Source: Tubulanus polymorphus
Lineage: Eukaryota; Animalia; Nemertea
NCBI RefSeq assembly: GCF_964204645.1
Contig: NC_134028.1
Coordinates: forward strand, 25,974,345 to 26,038,344
Length of the DNA stretch: 64,000 bases
Reading direction: 5' to 3'
Below are positions 13,901-27,470 of this stretch, one piece after another; position 1 is the first letter of the stretch; each line of letters opens with the position of its first letter. Below the pieces are notes generated by a model. The model worked only from the letters and a program-made list of their open reading frames with translations. It searched no databases and was not told the DNA's origin. Position numbers and translations under genes: made by a program.

Positions 13901-14827
13901 TCCTGAAAAAGAAAATGGGTAACAGGTTCCCACTGGTTCCCACAGGTTCCCACAACTTGAAAGTGGACGGATTGGTCACTGTATGTACCAGGTCATGTTA
14001 GTGGGTATTGGGTACTGGTACTGTAAGTCAGTGGTACTAATTACAGTTTGTGGGTACCTGCGTGATTCCGGTCAGATTCGTACAAAATTCACTAAGAATC
14101 GGAGATTCCTCAGGCATCACGTATTGCTGAAATCTATCTTCGATTTCACCGGTCGCTGTGTTCATCAAAACCGCAGGAAATTCAACTAAAATTGATTTGA
14201 AAAAAGAAAAAGTTTTTAATTATTTTAGTACGAAGAGGTGCTGCAAGGGAATCACACGATACGATAGATAATTACTGATTTCCTGAGGTCGTTTTGTGGT
14301 CCTATCATCCCAACATGTTGATTCAAAATCTAACACAATCACAAAATCAAATTTCTGACCTAAAAATGAAGTTCATTTTGAGTAGGTAATCAATGACCAA
14401 TGTTACAACGAGGTTTTATGCTGAATTGCATTGTCAATGAAGAATTGAAATGGGAACCGATTGATTACAAATTTCAAGTCTATCATCTCTACTTTTGAAA
14501 ATGACAGTTCTATCCTTCAGGCTTCTTGCAGGCTAGGCTATGATAAATACCTCCATTTCTATAATTTTGTCTTGAACTATTTTTTGATCTTCGTTTCACC
14601 AAACCAAGTTCTCTAAAATATCGAAGATTTAAATCGGATGAATTCAATTGAAGAAGAAAAAAAGTGACACTGGACTGACTGAGTAAATAATGATTCACCA
14701 CACGATCGATCGATTGGGATGCCGCATCGATTGTCTTTCAACGGCCGATACTGATTCAACGATATACCATCATTTCTCTTTTTTAGAACTTTACTTACTG
14801 CGCTAACTGTTTCGCAGACTTGCCCAT
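10971..14827 (-). CDS. ERI2: ERI1 exoribonuclease 2 (DEDDh 3'-5' exonuclease with C-terminal GRF-type zinc finger), 9 coding exons
   Basis: Exons approximately 14799-14827, 14552-14612, 14275-14359, 14059-14186, 13758-13902, 13487-13587, 13015-13096, 12854-12945, 10971-12113. N-terminus MGKSAKQLAQELGLVKRR; VLDFESTCW, IEFPAV, WSDWDL, HSGIDDA exonuclease motifs; TPPLCKCGRR..GPNVGRIFYACP..CGYFQW GRF finger. Confidence 0.92.
11315..11405 (-). repeat. 21-bp coding tandem repeat in the ERI2 last exon (SSFKTPA/V, about 4-5 units)
   Basis: gaactcgcaggagttttaaac/t repeated; further SSFKTP/SSLETP units upstream in the same exon. Confidence 0.9.
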
Positions 14828-14885
14828 CACAGTATCGTCTACGAAACCGAAACTTAAATTAATGGAATAATGTCATTTGAAACTG

Positions 14886-14897
14886 ACCGCCATATTG
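14886..14897 (-). promoter_or_regulatory. YY1-like motif (CAATATGGCGGT) near the ERI2 5' end
   Basis: Matches the AANATGGCG consensus about 60 nt upstream of the ATG. Confidence 0.45.
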
Positions 14898-15441
14898 AGA
14901 TTGACTAAATATCGGACGTGGACTTATTGCGAGGTATCGACGCGTATCACGGACTCGGGACAGGGACCGGCCCGGACACCGTCTCGGTAAACCGATCCGA
15001 TTAACTCTACATTGCGATGGCCCCATACGGTCCATGGGTTCGGTTTATTGGATGATCAGCTACAGTAGTCCCACCCCAAACTTCAACTACAAGCCCCTAT
15101 GGTTTAAGCTGTGAAAAAGCAAAAGAAATTGCAGAAGTTACGTCATACATAGAACAGATCAATCAGAGAAAATAAGATTTCATCACTTAGATATTTTATT
15201 AATTTACAAAAAAGTACAAACTTACATGTACAAACAAACATGTTTGATGATAAGTGGTTTTTCACTGTACCCCAGTGAAAGATTAGAATTTGCTAACCAG
15301 TGAACCCTAACAGCTAAAATTTGGTATACGTTTTTGTGGGACAGGCCGCATAAAACATCTTCAATGAATGACCATCAACGCGATAAACTTTGCGTGAAAC
15401 AGAAATGAAATTACAAGACAATGACTCGCGACTAAAAATGA

Positions 15442-18400
15442 TTATAAACCAGGTGAAGTTCTGTACACAAGGAATTCTGTGGGCGACTTTGATTCGATGA
15501 GGCTCGTATCTCCAAGAAAATCATCATCCTGTGTGATAATAAATAAATGACAATAACAACAGGGTTCATACTCAACATAGGCAAATCATGCATCTTGATA
15601 AAACTCAGATTAATCATGTTCATATGTGGCATACGACATTGAGTTTGAGAAATTATCGTTACATTTTAATTGAGATAAAGAAGAAATTCATCATTTATAT
15701 TGTACACGTACTCTGAACTAGCCAACCTGGCCGATTATTGTGGAATTTCGCCACCACCACCACCGCTCTTAAACTAATAATGTTTGTGTTCATACCTCAC
15801 CAGCGCTGTCGTTGTCGTCGTCTTCTATTGGATTTCCGGAATATTCTCTATACAACGGTTCAATCGCGTGTTTTGACCTGTTTAACGAAATTCAAATCAA
15901 ATATCATTTTGAGGAAATCAAAATCTTTATGATCACAATTCACACGGTTTAAACGTACCGAGGTAAAATGTAAGGATCGAATGGAAAGAACGATTCTAGT
16001 TGATTCGTGCGACTGTTTATGATATATGTTGTATAGAGTTTTGTCACTGGGAAAGCTGTAGGTTTGTTATGTTCAATGATTGTATCACAAAATGCAAGTT
16101 GGTGCTGCCTGCAATAAAACAATATATTACATTTTATTAGATTGGAGACAAAATCTACAACTGAAAAGCCTTAAAGTTTGTAGCCTGGACCCCTCAAACA
16201 ATCTACTGTCTGTGGCTCGCACTCAACTATCTGACCACAAGAGAGGGTGCAGGTTACAGACACAAGATTGTCCGACAATGTACTCTATCAAAGAAATTTG
16301 GGGTTAGATATTTTGCCAAGAAATGCATCTGATTTCATCCAGACTTCACCTCTCTAAAGGTGATACCTCAAACGCCTTGAAGGAGAGCACTCAGGGTACA
16401 GGCAAAAGATTGATAGCAGCATACAAGCTTTCATCTTAGTTTTGGAATCAATGGTTTTGTCATAGTTTACCTGGTCACAGCTGCAAACGTTTTCACGATA
16501 ACTGGCAGACATGTTTTCAATGGATTTAACCAACACATAACGATGGATGGAAAATTCAAATTTTGAGCGATTTGATGTCCTGAAATACACGTACAAAACA
16601 TAGAAGTCATTATTGGGCTAAAAATTGATACCTCGTTCCTCCTTTCTGCTAAGTTTAAAAGATGACCCGGCCTGCCACCCTGTGTATTACTTGTTTTATC
16701 ATCGCGATCAGTTTTACCATAACACACCTTAAGCTATAGAAATGATTTTATTATAAGTTTTATTGCGATTTACAAAATCACCAAGCCGATTAGGAGAAAC
16801 AAGGTATCATTTTTGTTAAGCTTTGAATGGTCATTTCTAATGATCCCAAAAGGAGTTCAACAAATATACCATATCTCCTCACCTTTATTCGACTGTAAAA
16901 TTTCCTTGTGTCTGAATATGAATATGTAGAATAACGCCTGGCAGACGGAGTAGAACGTCCCGTGACGAGGGACGTCGTCACATTCCGAATAACTGGATTG
17001 TTGAATATAAGAATGAATCCATTGCGACATGTGTTCCATAGTAACTACAGCCGTACTGATCGGCACAAATAGACCTCGAGATATCAAACCACACATATAC
17101 GCTACTGCAGCCTGACGATATATCGGTTGAGTGTTCGGATTCTTTACTTTCTTCCATAGATAATCGATAAACCCGTCTGCTAATGGCTACAAATCAATAA
17201 TACTGTAGAATTAAGATTCAAGAATAAGGTTGAATCAGTGAACTGATGAATATAGAGTTTTTACCTGTTTGAAACTGCAAATATAGAATAGTAAATATTG
17301 CACGTGACTCGACGAATGAGTCACTAAAATAACATCTTCAAAAACACCCAATAATTCCTTATACAACTTCTTCGTTTCTTCCCAGTTCAACTGACCTAAA
17401 CAAGATAACAAACCGCATGGTTATTTCTTGTTGAATGTGTCCAAGTATCAGCCATATGATAAAAGTATCAGCAATAGTAAGTTGCCTGAGGTATCAGTGA
17501 TAGGATACATGTATCAATCAGTGATAGTAGCTTACCTGATATGATACACGTATCAGTGATATTGTGCAGTAGTAATTCCATTGCCACATCTAGTTTATGA
17601 GCTTCAACATGACTGAGTTCAGTGTCTCGCTGATTCGAAGCTAATTCCGATTCTTCCTTTACCTTCACATCGTCCGTACGGAATATATCTGACTCCTCAT
17701 TATCGACATTCATATCACCATCATCTTCCTCCTCATTTTCATCTAAAGCATCTTGTACTGCCCGTCGCGGAGATTGACTCTACAAACAAAATAATCAGAC
17801 ACAGATATTCATCTAAGATAGCACAAAAATAATACACAAACTATATGGCATTTTCATTGATAATTGTTCTTAGAAGAATGTTGGCATTAAGTCAGCACTG
17901 GCATTAAAAAGGACTTTAACTGTATGTAAGAACAGAAAAACTGTTTCTTTTTTAGGATAATATGACTTTATTTGACAAAGATAAATAATAGCAAAGGTTT
18001 GCTAAGGCACGATGTACATAATAGCAACACCAGTAGTTGATATCCTACTGCACACGGTGGATTTATTACAGGGGGTTTTCTTGAGAGTACAGTTCCCCAT
18101 CAAGCGGGTTGCGATATGAATAAAGTACACCTATAACCATTAAAATCCCTTACATCTAATTCCATTAATTTTCCGATGATTAATACCAGTATTTTACGTC
18201 TGCATTGTGGTAAATATCGCGCGATATGAAGCAGATTTTTGATGTAACATTCGTGTTGATAAGCGGGTCGCGTGAGAAGTGGATAGCTGTCGACTAATAT
18301 CGGCACTAATACAGTTGGTGTCCTGTCAAATAAATCTTCAGTTAATAAAACCTGTTTGGCAGCACTTCAGAAAGCATTCATTAAATACACTTGTAGTTAA

Positions 18401-19737
18401 TACGAATCTGTTTATAACACACTCAATAAAAGTGTCCTTAACCCTTTCAGTGCGTCTACACCGCAGTGCGGTGTACAAATCAGTGATGGACTTTGCTAGT
18501 ACACCGCACTGCAGTGTATTGATTTAATTAGTAATTACTAATTATCTCTATTGAAAGATGGCAGCACCTGTCAAACATAGTGGAATATTAGTAACTAACG
18601 ATACACTGCACCGCGGTGTAGACGCACTATAGTGGTATTCCCTTTATTCAACACACCAGGGTGGAATTTTTTAGAATTTTCAAATTATCTTCAGCACTAT
18701 AGGGTATTAATTAGCCAGCACTGAAAGGGTTAAGGGATTGATATATACTTACAAAGGAACAATTTTGATTATAGCCTGTAACACCGAGTGTATATTGATA
18801 AATGCTGTACCATGTATAGTTCTCATCGAGTCTGGTGATACCCCCGCCGATGCACCAACTTTCTTGGCGTTTCCTGGGTGAAAAATATACAAAAATGTTA
18901 TTCCGTGCGATCGTACAACAAAAACTCAAAACGAACAAATTCTTCGAACAGCTTTATTACCGGGTTTAAACTGATTGACAAATGATTTGAGACAAGCTTT
19001 CAGGAAATATGTATGAGCCGAGACTAGATTCACTATAAATGTTTTATATTCGATGACGACCAACGTATCTCTTCTTAACCAATCCAATTTCTATTGATTA
19101 TGAAATAAAACAAATTAAAATCTGGCAGATCGATGAACTCTGCATCTGAAATGTTCACATATTTACAACTAGCTTCTTTTTCACACTTTTTTACAATAAA
19201 AAAACAGGATTTTTCACAATTGTTTAAATAATTTTCCTGCATTTCACATGTCAAGATGTATCAAGATATAGACCATAGCAATTATACAACACATTCTCGA
19301 CGACAGATCGTCCATGAATTGGTAAAACTAAAAACTGTAGTCAGTTACTGACTGCTGATGGAGAACCTCCAGGTTTACGCTGGTCCAGATAACTGAGATC
19401 GATGACCAGGTTATTACTTACAAGAATATAACCGATTAAGCATTCCCAATGTTTATCTAAAGTTGTGATGCCGTTCTTCAGTAATTGCATTACTGAAATC
19501 ATACTTGAATCCTGTAATGAATGAATAACAAATTCTTCATTCAATAATTATAAAAAGTATGTTATCTTATAATCTTAATTGAACTAATTAAATGGAATTG
19601 AAAATGTAGATATAAAATACTGGTAAGATACTGACGCTTAATAGTGGATCGTTAAGTTTTTCCATGATGGCGTTATAACCGATAGAGTCCGGCGACTCAA
19701 ACTGAAAATAAAGATCGGCACTTCCGAACTCAAACAT
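15442..19737 (-). CDS. RRN3: RNA polymerase I initiation factor RRN3/TIF-IA, paralog A
   Basis: Exons join in frame with no stop seen: KLDW..EYKTFIVNLVSAHTYFLKACL, HECYIKNLL, KLMELD, THSSSHVQYLLFYICSF, RQAAVAY, HGTFYSVCQALFYIFIFRH, LNPLKTCLPVIV, LESFFPFDPYILPRS; ends RTSPGL* (stop 15442-15444). The start at 19737 (MFEFGS..) is tentative. Confidence 0.88.
18442..18729. mobile_element. piggyBac-like non-autonomous element in an RRN3-A intron
   Basis: TTAA|CCCTTTCAGTGC ... GCACTGAAAGGG|TTAA: terminal inverted repeats plus TTAA target duplication. Second copy at 61786-62064. Confidence 0.85.
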
Positions 19738-19996
19738 AAAAAAACAGCAAGCCATAAGACAAATTGCGAGCCCTGGGCAGCGGCTGGTTCCCTAGGGTAG
19801 TTTTTTATTCTTTCAAAAAGCATAACCGAATAGAGCAAAAATATCAAATGTAACCATAAACACTCAGGCAGTCGGATCACGAAATGCTGGGTCTCAAATC
19901 AAAGCTCCATGATCTCTGAATAGCAGACTTATAATGATAGATTCAGGGCTGGCAGAAGCAAGTTGCCATTGGCCCGGCTCATATCTGACAGCACGC

Positions 19997-20285
19997 AGTG
20001 GCGGATCCAGATCCAGGGGTCAAATCTGAGTACCTACTGAGTAATATTGTCTCCCGAGAAGCTAACCGAAGAAATTAGAAACTTTAGGTGCTCTCAGACC
20101 TCAGATGCTATATCGGCAATTTTAAAACAGGAATCACATATTATGTGCCTATGGTGCACCGATTCACTAGCCCGGTTAGGTATCGCATGTACAACAGAAC
20201 AAGTATCGGAGAGACAAACATGATACGTTTCTGAATTAAGTCACTGCATGCATGCAGGCACTCGCAGTAGGCTGGATCCGCTATT
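19997..20285. mobile_element. MITE-like element with CAGTGGCGGATCCAG termini (hAT-like)
   Basis: cagtggcggatccag ... ctggatccgctatt imperfect terminal inverted repeat; a related terminus occurs at about 12162. Confidence 0.5.
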
Positions 20286-20714
20286 AGCTTGAGGTGTGAG
20301 TCGTGGGAAAAATTTGCACCTACTTATAACTTAGTACTTTTCAAGATTCCCGCCAGGAGAAATTCGCTGCCGGGCTTTTGACTGATCAGACCAGTTTTCG
20401 GGTATTATGATTCAGATCGATTGAGTCACTTTGTTTATGAATGTTACAGACCATAATGTGAAGAATATAACTCACGGTTTGCGACTCCATCATTGGGGAT
20501 AGGCGGTAGGGCCCAATTGGGGACAGATTTCCACACTTAAAACTTGTAAAGACAGCTTTCCAATATATAGGGTTGTCCCTGAAGCAATCAAATACTATCG
20601 GCTGATGCTGCCATCTAGTGCTTTGAAATAAGCCGTTCGTAGACTGGTTGCCTGTCCAATTCTGCGCCACCTTCTGGTGCAGAATGGACAGGCGACCAGT
20701 CTACAACTGCCAGG

Positions 20715-20857
20715 GCCAAATTCGGTTTTCGTATCTAGTCGACTAGTGGTCGGAACTAATAGGCCTAACCGAAGCTGCTTAATTTTCGAACTATTTCCGG
20801 AATATAGTTCCGACTAACGGACATTCGGTTTCGTTTAATTCGACCGATAACCGAAGG
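20715..20857. repeat. Dispersed repeat with an inverted copy at about 62265-62419
   Basis: ggccaaattcggttttcgtatctagtcgactagtggtcggaactaata... is the reverse complement of 62265-62419 with few differences. Confidence 0.85.
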
Positions 20858-20938
20858 TGGCCATGGGTTCGTGAAAATGATTTACGGCGGGCCGGCCGTG
20901 AAAAGCAGTTAATTTTATAGCAGGGCAGTGAAATGGGG

Positions 20939-21144
20939 GTGTTACTAAAAACTTTGCGCTACTAAAACGAAGGCCTATGCACTTCGAGGTATTAAAAATA
21001 TGCATGACTATAAAGAAATCCGAAGACCTACTCGGAATCATCACTTGGGGCGCTTTGTACCACCTCTGCCGGAAACGTAAATTTATCAGTTTTCTCGGGT
21101 TCATATAAGTCTACGTGTTTAGTAGTCCTTCGTTTTAGTAACAC
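20939..21144. mobile_element. Small element with terminal inverted repeats (GTGTTACTAAAA...TTTTAGTAACAC)
   Basis: 12-bp perfect inverted termini with repeated sub-terminal tactaaaacgaagg motifs. Confidence 0.55.
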
Positions 21145-21540
21145 TTGTTGCTTCACTAAACGAATGACAAATTTCAAAATCAATCATATTTATTCTCACA
21201 ACAATTATACACAATGCCAGGTTTGTGCTCGAAACGTTAGCTCCTCAAACACGTGGACTTTTAAAAACTAGTCCAACCACCATAGGCGTATAAACTATAA
21301 ACGAGAGTTTATACGTCCATGGTCCAACCATAGACTCTAAAACAGAAACGTCTATGGCCCACAACCATGGACACTTTTAGCCTATTTTCTCAAATTTCAA
21401 TAGTAATTTCATTTCTTTAACTATGTATGAAATTGTACTAACAAAGTTACATGTAAGGTATTTCGAAGTCTTTATCTATGATACATTTCCACTACAGCTG
21501 ATTTATACAATTTGCACCAATTTCAATAAATCGGGATAAT

Positions 21541-21860
21541 GGATATCTATATTACAAGGTTAACTTTTTTTCTGCCTAATTTATTACATCAAGATTTTGG
21601 ATATCTATATTACAAGATTCACTTTTTTTCTGCCTAACTTAATACATCATATTACAAGGTTAACTTTTTTCTGGCTTATTTATTACATCGAAATTTTGGA
21701 TATCTATATTACAAGGTTAACTTCTTTTCTGGCTTATTAATTACATTAAGATTTTGGATATCTATATAACAAGGTTAACCTTTTTTCTGCCTAATTTATT
21801 ACATCACGATTTTGGATATCTATATTACAAGGTTAACTTTCTTTTCTGCCTATTTCAATA
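21541..21860. repeat. Tandem repeat, about 58-bp unit, 5-6 copies
   Basis: ggatatctatattacaaggttaacttttttctgcctaatttattacatc..tttt recurs at 21541, 21599, about 21698, 21756 and 21814. Confidence 0.9.
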
Positions 21861-24069
21861 CATTCTTTCTTGGGTGCTAAACACCCAGTGGCCAGTAGGC
21901 TTTTATTCAAACCCAGGCCCATCATATAGTGCGAACCTGCTAGTATTATTTGGCCGATATACATTTTTATTGTCAGCTAAACTATATGCGTATTAGTGAA
22001 TTAACTTCATCATCAATTAATAAACTTTAGAGATGTTTTCTACTCATAGATGGCGACATCTGTACCCAGTGAATGGTATTCAATTCATTTCAGTAATTCT
22101 AAATATTGCCCCTAATATATAACTGAAGAGTGTGCTGCCAGCATTGAGCACACTGGTCCTGTAAACAACATGGTTCTACAGATTTAAGAAACCGTCAATC
22201 ATTCCCACACCTTGACAAATCCAGAATTCCGTAAAGCCTTAAGATTCAATAAATCCTTCGCACAAGAACCAGAGTTACACTTCCTGTATTCTTTTGATAT
22301 CAACCAATATTGAATTATAATTACCTTATTCGAAGATGCTGAATTAATCTTTATCGTAGATACCTAATCAATCAATTAATGTCCTCTATGATTTAAATTG
22401 TCTCGGACAATATCTTATATGGGGCTTGACATTTCCACATGAGAATAATTTCAGATCCGGTACAAATTTGGATTGATCACTATTTCAAACTGCTAATTTT
22501 TCATCAGAGCTTTTGATATCTAGTTTGACGAACCCAGAATTCCCCAAAACCTAACTGATCCAATAGATCCCACATACATGTGGCCCAGTTAGACGCAGAT
22601 GACATTGCACGATACAGTCGTCTCATCCACTGCACTATTTTGAATAAGTTTCACTTATATTCATTATATTGAATTGATTTTAATTGAATTCTAGGTATCT
22701 AAGCGAACCATTAATTAGCAATCATACTAGCTATATTTTAATTGTCAGTTGAAAAATATATATATGGAGCCTGGAAATCTACATGAGTAGAATTTCAGAT
22801 GTGGTGAATTCATCACTATTTGAATTCATCAGAAATTAAGATAAAAACACATTTAAGTGGTAAATTAGAAATTCTTTTATAGCCAAATTGCTATATTATC
22901 TTTATTTCCCTAAAGTACACTGTGTATAAGGACTGAAAGACCTTGTAATGACTGGACCTCCCCGGTGCGGTGCAAGACATGATGCTAGAAAATAGTTTGA
23001 AGGAGAGGGGTTAGTAAAAGAGAGCTATTAGCAAGAGGAATAAGACCTAAGTTTAGGATATCCTGTCAGAATAAGGCTCTCAATCTGACATACACAGTGA
23101 AATTGAAATATTCCCCCTTCCAAATTCAGGATTGTATTTGTGCACATACAGATTTGTTTTATTTCCCTTCGATCGGAAGTAAATCTGCGTGAAATGATTT
23201 TGGCAATAAGTATCAAAACTAATACAGCTGTATGAAGACACAATAGGTTCACTAGATACAGATAAATAAATGTGATCAGATACACATGTATCAGCTACAT
23301 TTTAAATGTCCATGGACCTGAATTAAAAAATAATATTACATAACATATTGAATTTACCTTAATCGTAGATATCTAAGTAATACGTTAATGAGTAATTCAT
23401 CTTAGATTCTAATTGTCAGTTAAACAATATCTATTACGCGTCACCTGACACACAGTATGGTTTTAGATATTATTTGAATCAGTTAGGCTTTGGTAAATTT
23501 TGTCAATATTGAAGGGCATGACCAGTCGCCGTAAGCACGGTAGTTGGAGATGTAAATACTGATCAGTTGATGAGACCTATTCAGATGTGCTCATACATAT
23601 ATCAGCTATATTTAAATTTTCAGTTTAACGACATTTATATTATGGACCTGTATTACATACCGTATAAATAGTTTTTGATCATAGAAATATTGAATTCATC
23701 TACGATTCGTTTCAAATTTTTCAAATTGATTACCTTCGAAAATATCAATGCCATCAAATTTGTACATCTACAATTCAGCAAATAGTTAATATTTGTACAT
23801 CAACACTGGTCTTACGTTATGTTCTATGTTTCCTAACAATGTATATCTACACGGACAAATAGCCATAGTTGACTATGTTTAACTATGGTAAGTTGGAAGA
23901 TTAAACTCACAATTCATGTTGAAACTATATCTCAGTTTAGGAGTTAACTCAACCAGGGAAGTGTGACTCAACAGACTTACGAGTCCAAACTAGGCACTCA
24001 ACACGACCATTTATCCCTAGTGACAAACCTAACTTGTCTTATCTATCGACCAAGGATCGAAGACCAAAA

Positions 24070-26649
24070 TCGTGCATTAATGAAGCTTAGCTTTTATTAG
24101 ACTCACATTGCATAAACATTATCAAATAGTTTCCTCGAAAACACTATATTATCCATCAGACTGGTTTGAAAAAGGTGATAAGAAAAAAAATCAATACTTT
24201 ACTACAGAAGTCCGCTATTGTCTTCGCCGCTCCTGGATTTCAGTGTTTATAACATGCACTATTATCTATGCTGCTCCTAATAAGATACACTATTGTCTTT
24301 GCTGCTTTTAAAACAGTGTTTATCGTGAATCAGTGTTTATGAGATAATCCATTAGCTTTGTCACTTGAATCAGTGTTTATAAGATTCACTATTGTCTCTG
24401 CTGCTCCTGATATTTAATCTTTTGTAGAAATAAACCACCGATTGTAGAAGAATCCATCATTGAGTGATTAATCCGTTACTGGTTCCTCAACTTTTCATCT
24501 GGGCTTCTGCAGTTTTCATCAGCAAATGGGTCGATCAGTATTCATCTACTTGTGAGTGTCTTCTTCAGGCCAATTTTTCCGAGATGTAGTTTGGCTGAAA
24601 CAAAGTGAAGAAAGCAAAACATTTCAGACAGATTTATCATAATTTACGTGTCATTTCAAATTACAAGCCACCCTGGTTTCACAAAGTAAAATTCATTGAT
24701 GTCAATTGCTGATTTAAACCCCAATAATCAATTGCAGTAGTAGGACTAGTTCATCACTGTTTAAGACTAGTGAAGATAAAAGTTCAGCCATGTGGACCGG
24801 TAAATAGATTGCGATGATAGTCAATTATTAAATAATATTCATATGAGGACTGAAATTTCTATATACAGATAATTTCATGTATATCAACTTACCTTTAAAG
24901 ATTGCTGGGTTCAGTTCTGGTCTTTTCTGTGCACCGTTCCAGTTTGTAGATTTTGGACGAGTAGTTGATCTCAAGCTGGGCTTTTTCTTATAGTTGAAAT
25001 TCAGCTGCAATGATTTAAAGAAGATATCCTGTAATGACAAAATATTTCATTCAGAATTTATCATAATAATTTCCATAAAAAATCCGACTTACATTTCAAG
25101 TAAGGTGGGTTCAGTATCGGTTAGAACAATTGGTTGATGCAATTGGTTGATGATTTGATTCAAGCTTGGATTGTTCAGTGGGCTAAGCTTATCTGTAGAT
25201 ATTTGATGAGTCGTTGATTTAAAGCTGGGCAGTTTCATATAGATAGGATTTAGCTGAAATGAGCAAACAAAGATATCCTGTAATGACAAAATATTTCATT
25301 TAGAATTTATCGACATAATTCCATATATATCAAGTTACCTTTTATGATTGCTGGTTTCATAATCGGCGATTATCTTATTAATTGGTTAGTTAGTTGGCCT
25401 CATCTGTGCACTGTTCCAGTTGGTCGATTTTGGACGAGTAGTCGATCTCAAGCTGGGTTTATTCTTATAGTTGAAATTTAGCTGCAATGATTAAAAGAAG
25501 ATATCCTGTAATGACAAAATATTTCATTTAGAATTTATCATAATAATTTCCATAAATAATATACCTAGAATAGCCTACTCGGTTATATTCGTAACACCGA
25601 ACAAATTATAAGCGAACATACAATTCCTAGAAGAGTTTCCATCCGATTGAACTTTTATATATTTCAATTCCAAGTATGCAAATTCACATGTATGAAAACG
25701 TGCCATTACTTAGTGCTAAAAAGCAGGGTTTTTACGTGTTTTTCAAGAATAAGTCCCCTAAAAATAACTTGATCACTATGAAATTTTTGTGGGCTCGAGA
25801 ATTCATTATAAGCCAAACCATGACACCAAAAATCAACACTATTGGTTCAACAGCCAATGTTTATGCCTCGTTGACACACCGGTACTCTATTCATTTTCAA
25901 TGAAAACTGCTTCTCCAGGCCATTTGCATAGGCAAACCTACAGGCAAACCGCCAAAAATCAACTTACATTTCAAGTTTGCTGGGTTCAGTTTATCAAATA
26001 TCAAATTACCTTTTATGATGGCTGGGTTCATTATCGGAGGATCTCCTTAGTTGGTTGGTTGAGTTTCATCCAAATTGGCCCCTTCTGTGCACTGTTCTGA
26101 TGAGCTCTCGTTTGACTTTTTGAGTTGGTGTCCCTTACGATCGTGACACACCTGCCAGGAGCGAAACAGGCAGGAATCGAAGTACAGATATAGTTGTGTG
26201 ATCGTCCGTCGTTTTTACATCATTTTTTTCGACAATTTTACAATATTTGGTCTTTTTTTCATATAAGTAGTCCGAAAGTTTACAAGGTTAATAATTTTGT
26301 CTAATTTATACATTTCTTTGGTCTTTTTGTTCATGTAGTCCGAAAGTTTACAAGGTTGAAGATAATTTCTAATATCTTTTTCGAAATCAAAGTACAGATA
26401 TAGTTGCGTGATCGTCAGTCGATTTTACATCATTTTTTTCGGAATCGAAGTACTTCTTTGTCTTCTTGGGTTTCGTCGAAGCTGAAATTGAGTAAAAGAA
26501 AAACATTTTGTAGTCACACATTTCTACATCATTAATCCTAATTTATATGTGAATCAACTTAACTTTCAAGATTGCGGAGTTCACTATTCTTTTTTCGGCA
26601 TCTTCTGTAGTCGCTTTCTACCATCTTCTTCTTCAACTTCTTGGGAGTC
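24070..26649 (-). ncRNA. Putative multi-exon non-coding (or decayed) transcription unit built from duplicated exon modules
   Basis: Minus-strand acceptor/donor pairs define exons 26564-26649, 25339-25505, 25093-25277, 24893-25028, a donor at 25967, and a terminal exon from 24594 with AATAAA at about 24093. No continuous ORF. Confidence 0.45.
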
Positions 26650-26954
26650 CTGAAATGAAAAAAAGAGAAGAGCGATGAAAACCTGGTACGGAACAAAACA
26701 ATGTTCGAAAGCTTTTCAGCTCTCCGTCGCCGGTCACATGCCGAGAACACCAGACAATGAGCCAGCCAGGAATATACTGCCCTCTACACGCCCTCACACA
26801 GAACGCGAAAACCAGAATGACAACGCCTCACATTCCCCATCTAACCGCAAGGTGTACTGGGCGACGTCAGTAACTGACAAACCTGTAAGATTGCACGAAA
26901 CACAAATAGCGCAGTACAACCAGCTTGACCGGGTTGAGATTCAGGATCTCAACT

Positions 26955-27230
26955 AGCACTCAAAAGCGTGACAAGAGACTTCATCCACTGACCGAGGTTG
27001 TCACAAGGACACAATGAAACTAGCACTCACAAGCCGACAAGAGACTTCATCCACTGACCGGGGTTGTCACAAGGACACAATGAAAACTAGCACTCAAACT
27101 AGAAATCAAAGAGCGTGACAGTAGAATCATCCCTCAGTCGACTCAGAATACCAGAAACAAAGAGCGTGACAGTAGAATCATCCCTCATCCGGGCGGTCAC
27201 AAGGACACAATGAATGCTAGTAGCGTGACA
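26955..27230. repeat. Degenerate tandem repeat, about 66-bp unit plus sub-units
   Basis: tagcactcaaaagcgtgacaagagacttcatccactgaccgaggttgtcacaaggacacaatgaaac repeated 2-3 times with variants. Confidence 0.8.
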
Positions 27231-27329
27231 ATCCAGTATAACCACTCCATTTGTATCCCGCGCAATCCCGCAGATATGCCCGTCATTGACATCACTCAGC
27301 ACACTTTGTAGATAGGTGGGGGCAATGAG

Positions 27330-27470
27330 GCCTCGTCATCCTATTTTTCTTGTTCCATATAAGAGCGTGTAAAGGGCAGAATTTCCTGACCGACTCTTTG
27401 TCTGACATCCTCGACACGTGACCGGCGAAGGAGAGCTGACGCTTTCGGACATTAGTTTTGTTCCAGCAAA
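27330..27470 (-). mobile_element. Short remnant of a non-LTR retrotransposon ORF2 C-terminus (RTE-like)
   Basis: VRKRQLSFAGHVSRMSDKESVRKF resembles the RRxxxxGHxxRM motif found downstream of the RT domain in RTE-type elements. Confidence 0.5.

Noticed and set aside
25029-25092. C/D-box snoRNA in the conserved mini-introns of the putative lncRNA
   Set aside because: Introns are only about 60-65 nt and lack a proper RUGAUGA/CUGA pair with a terminal stem.
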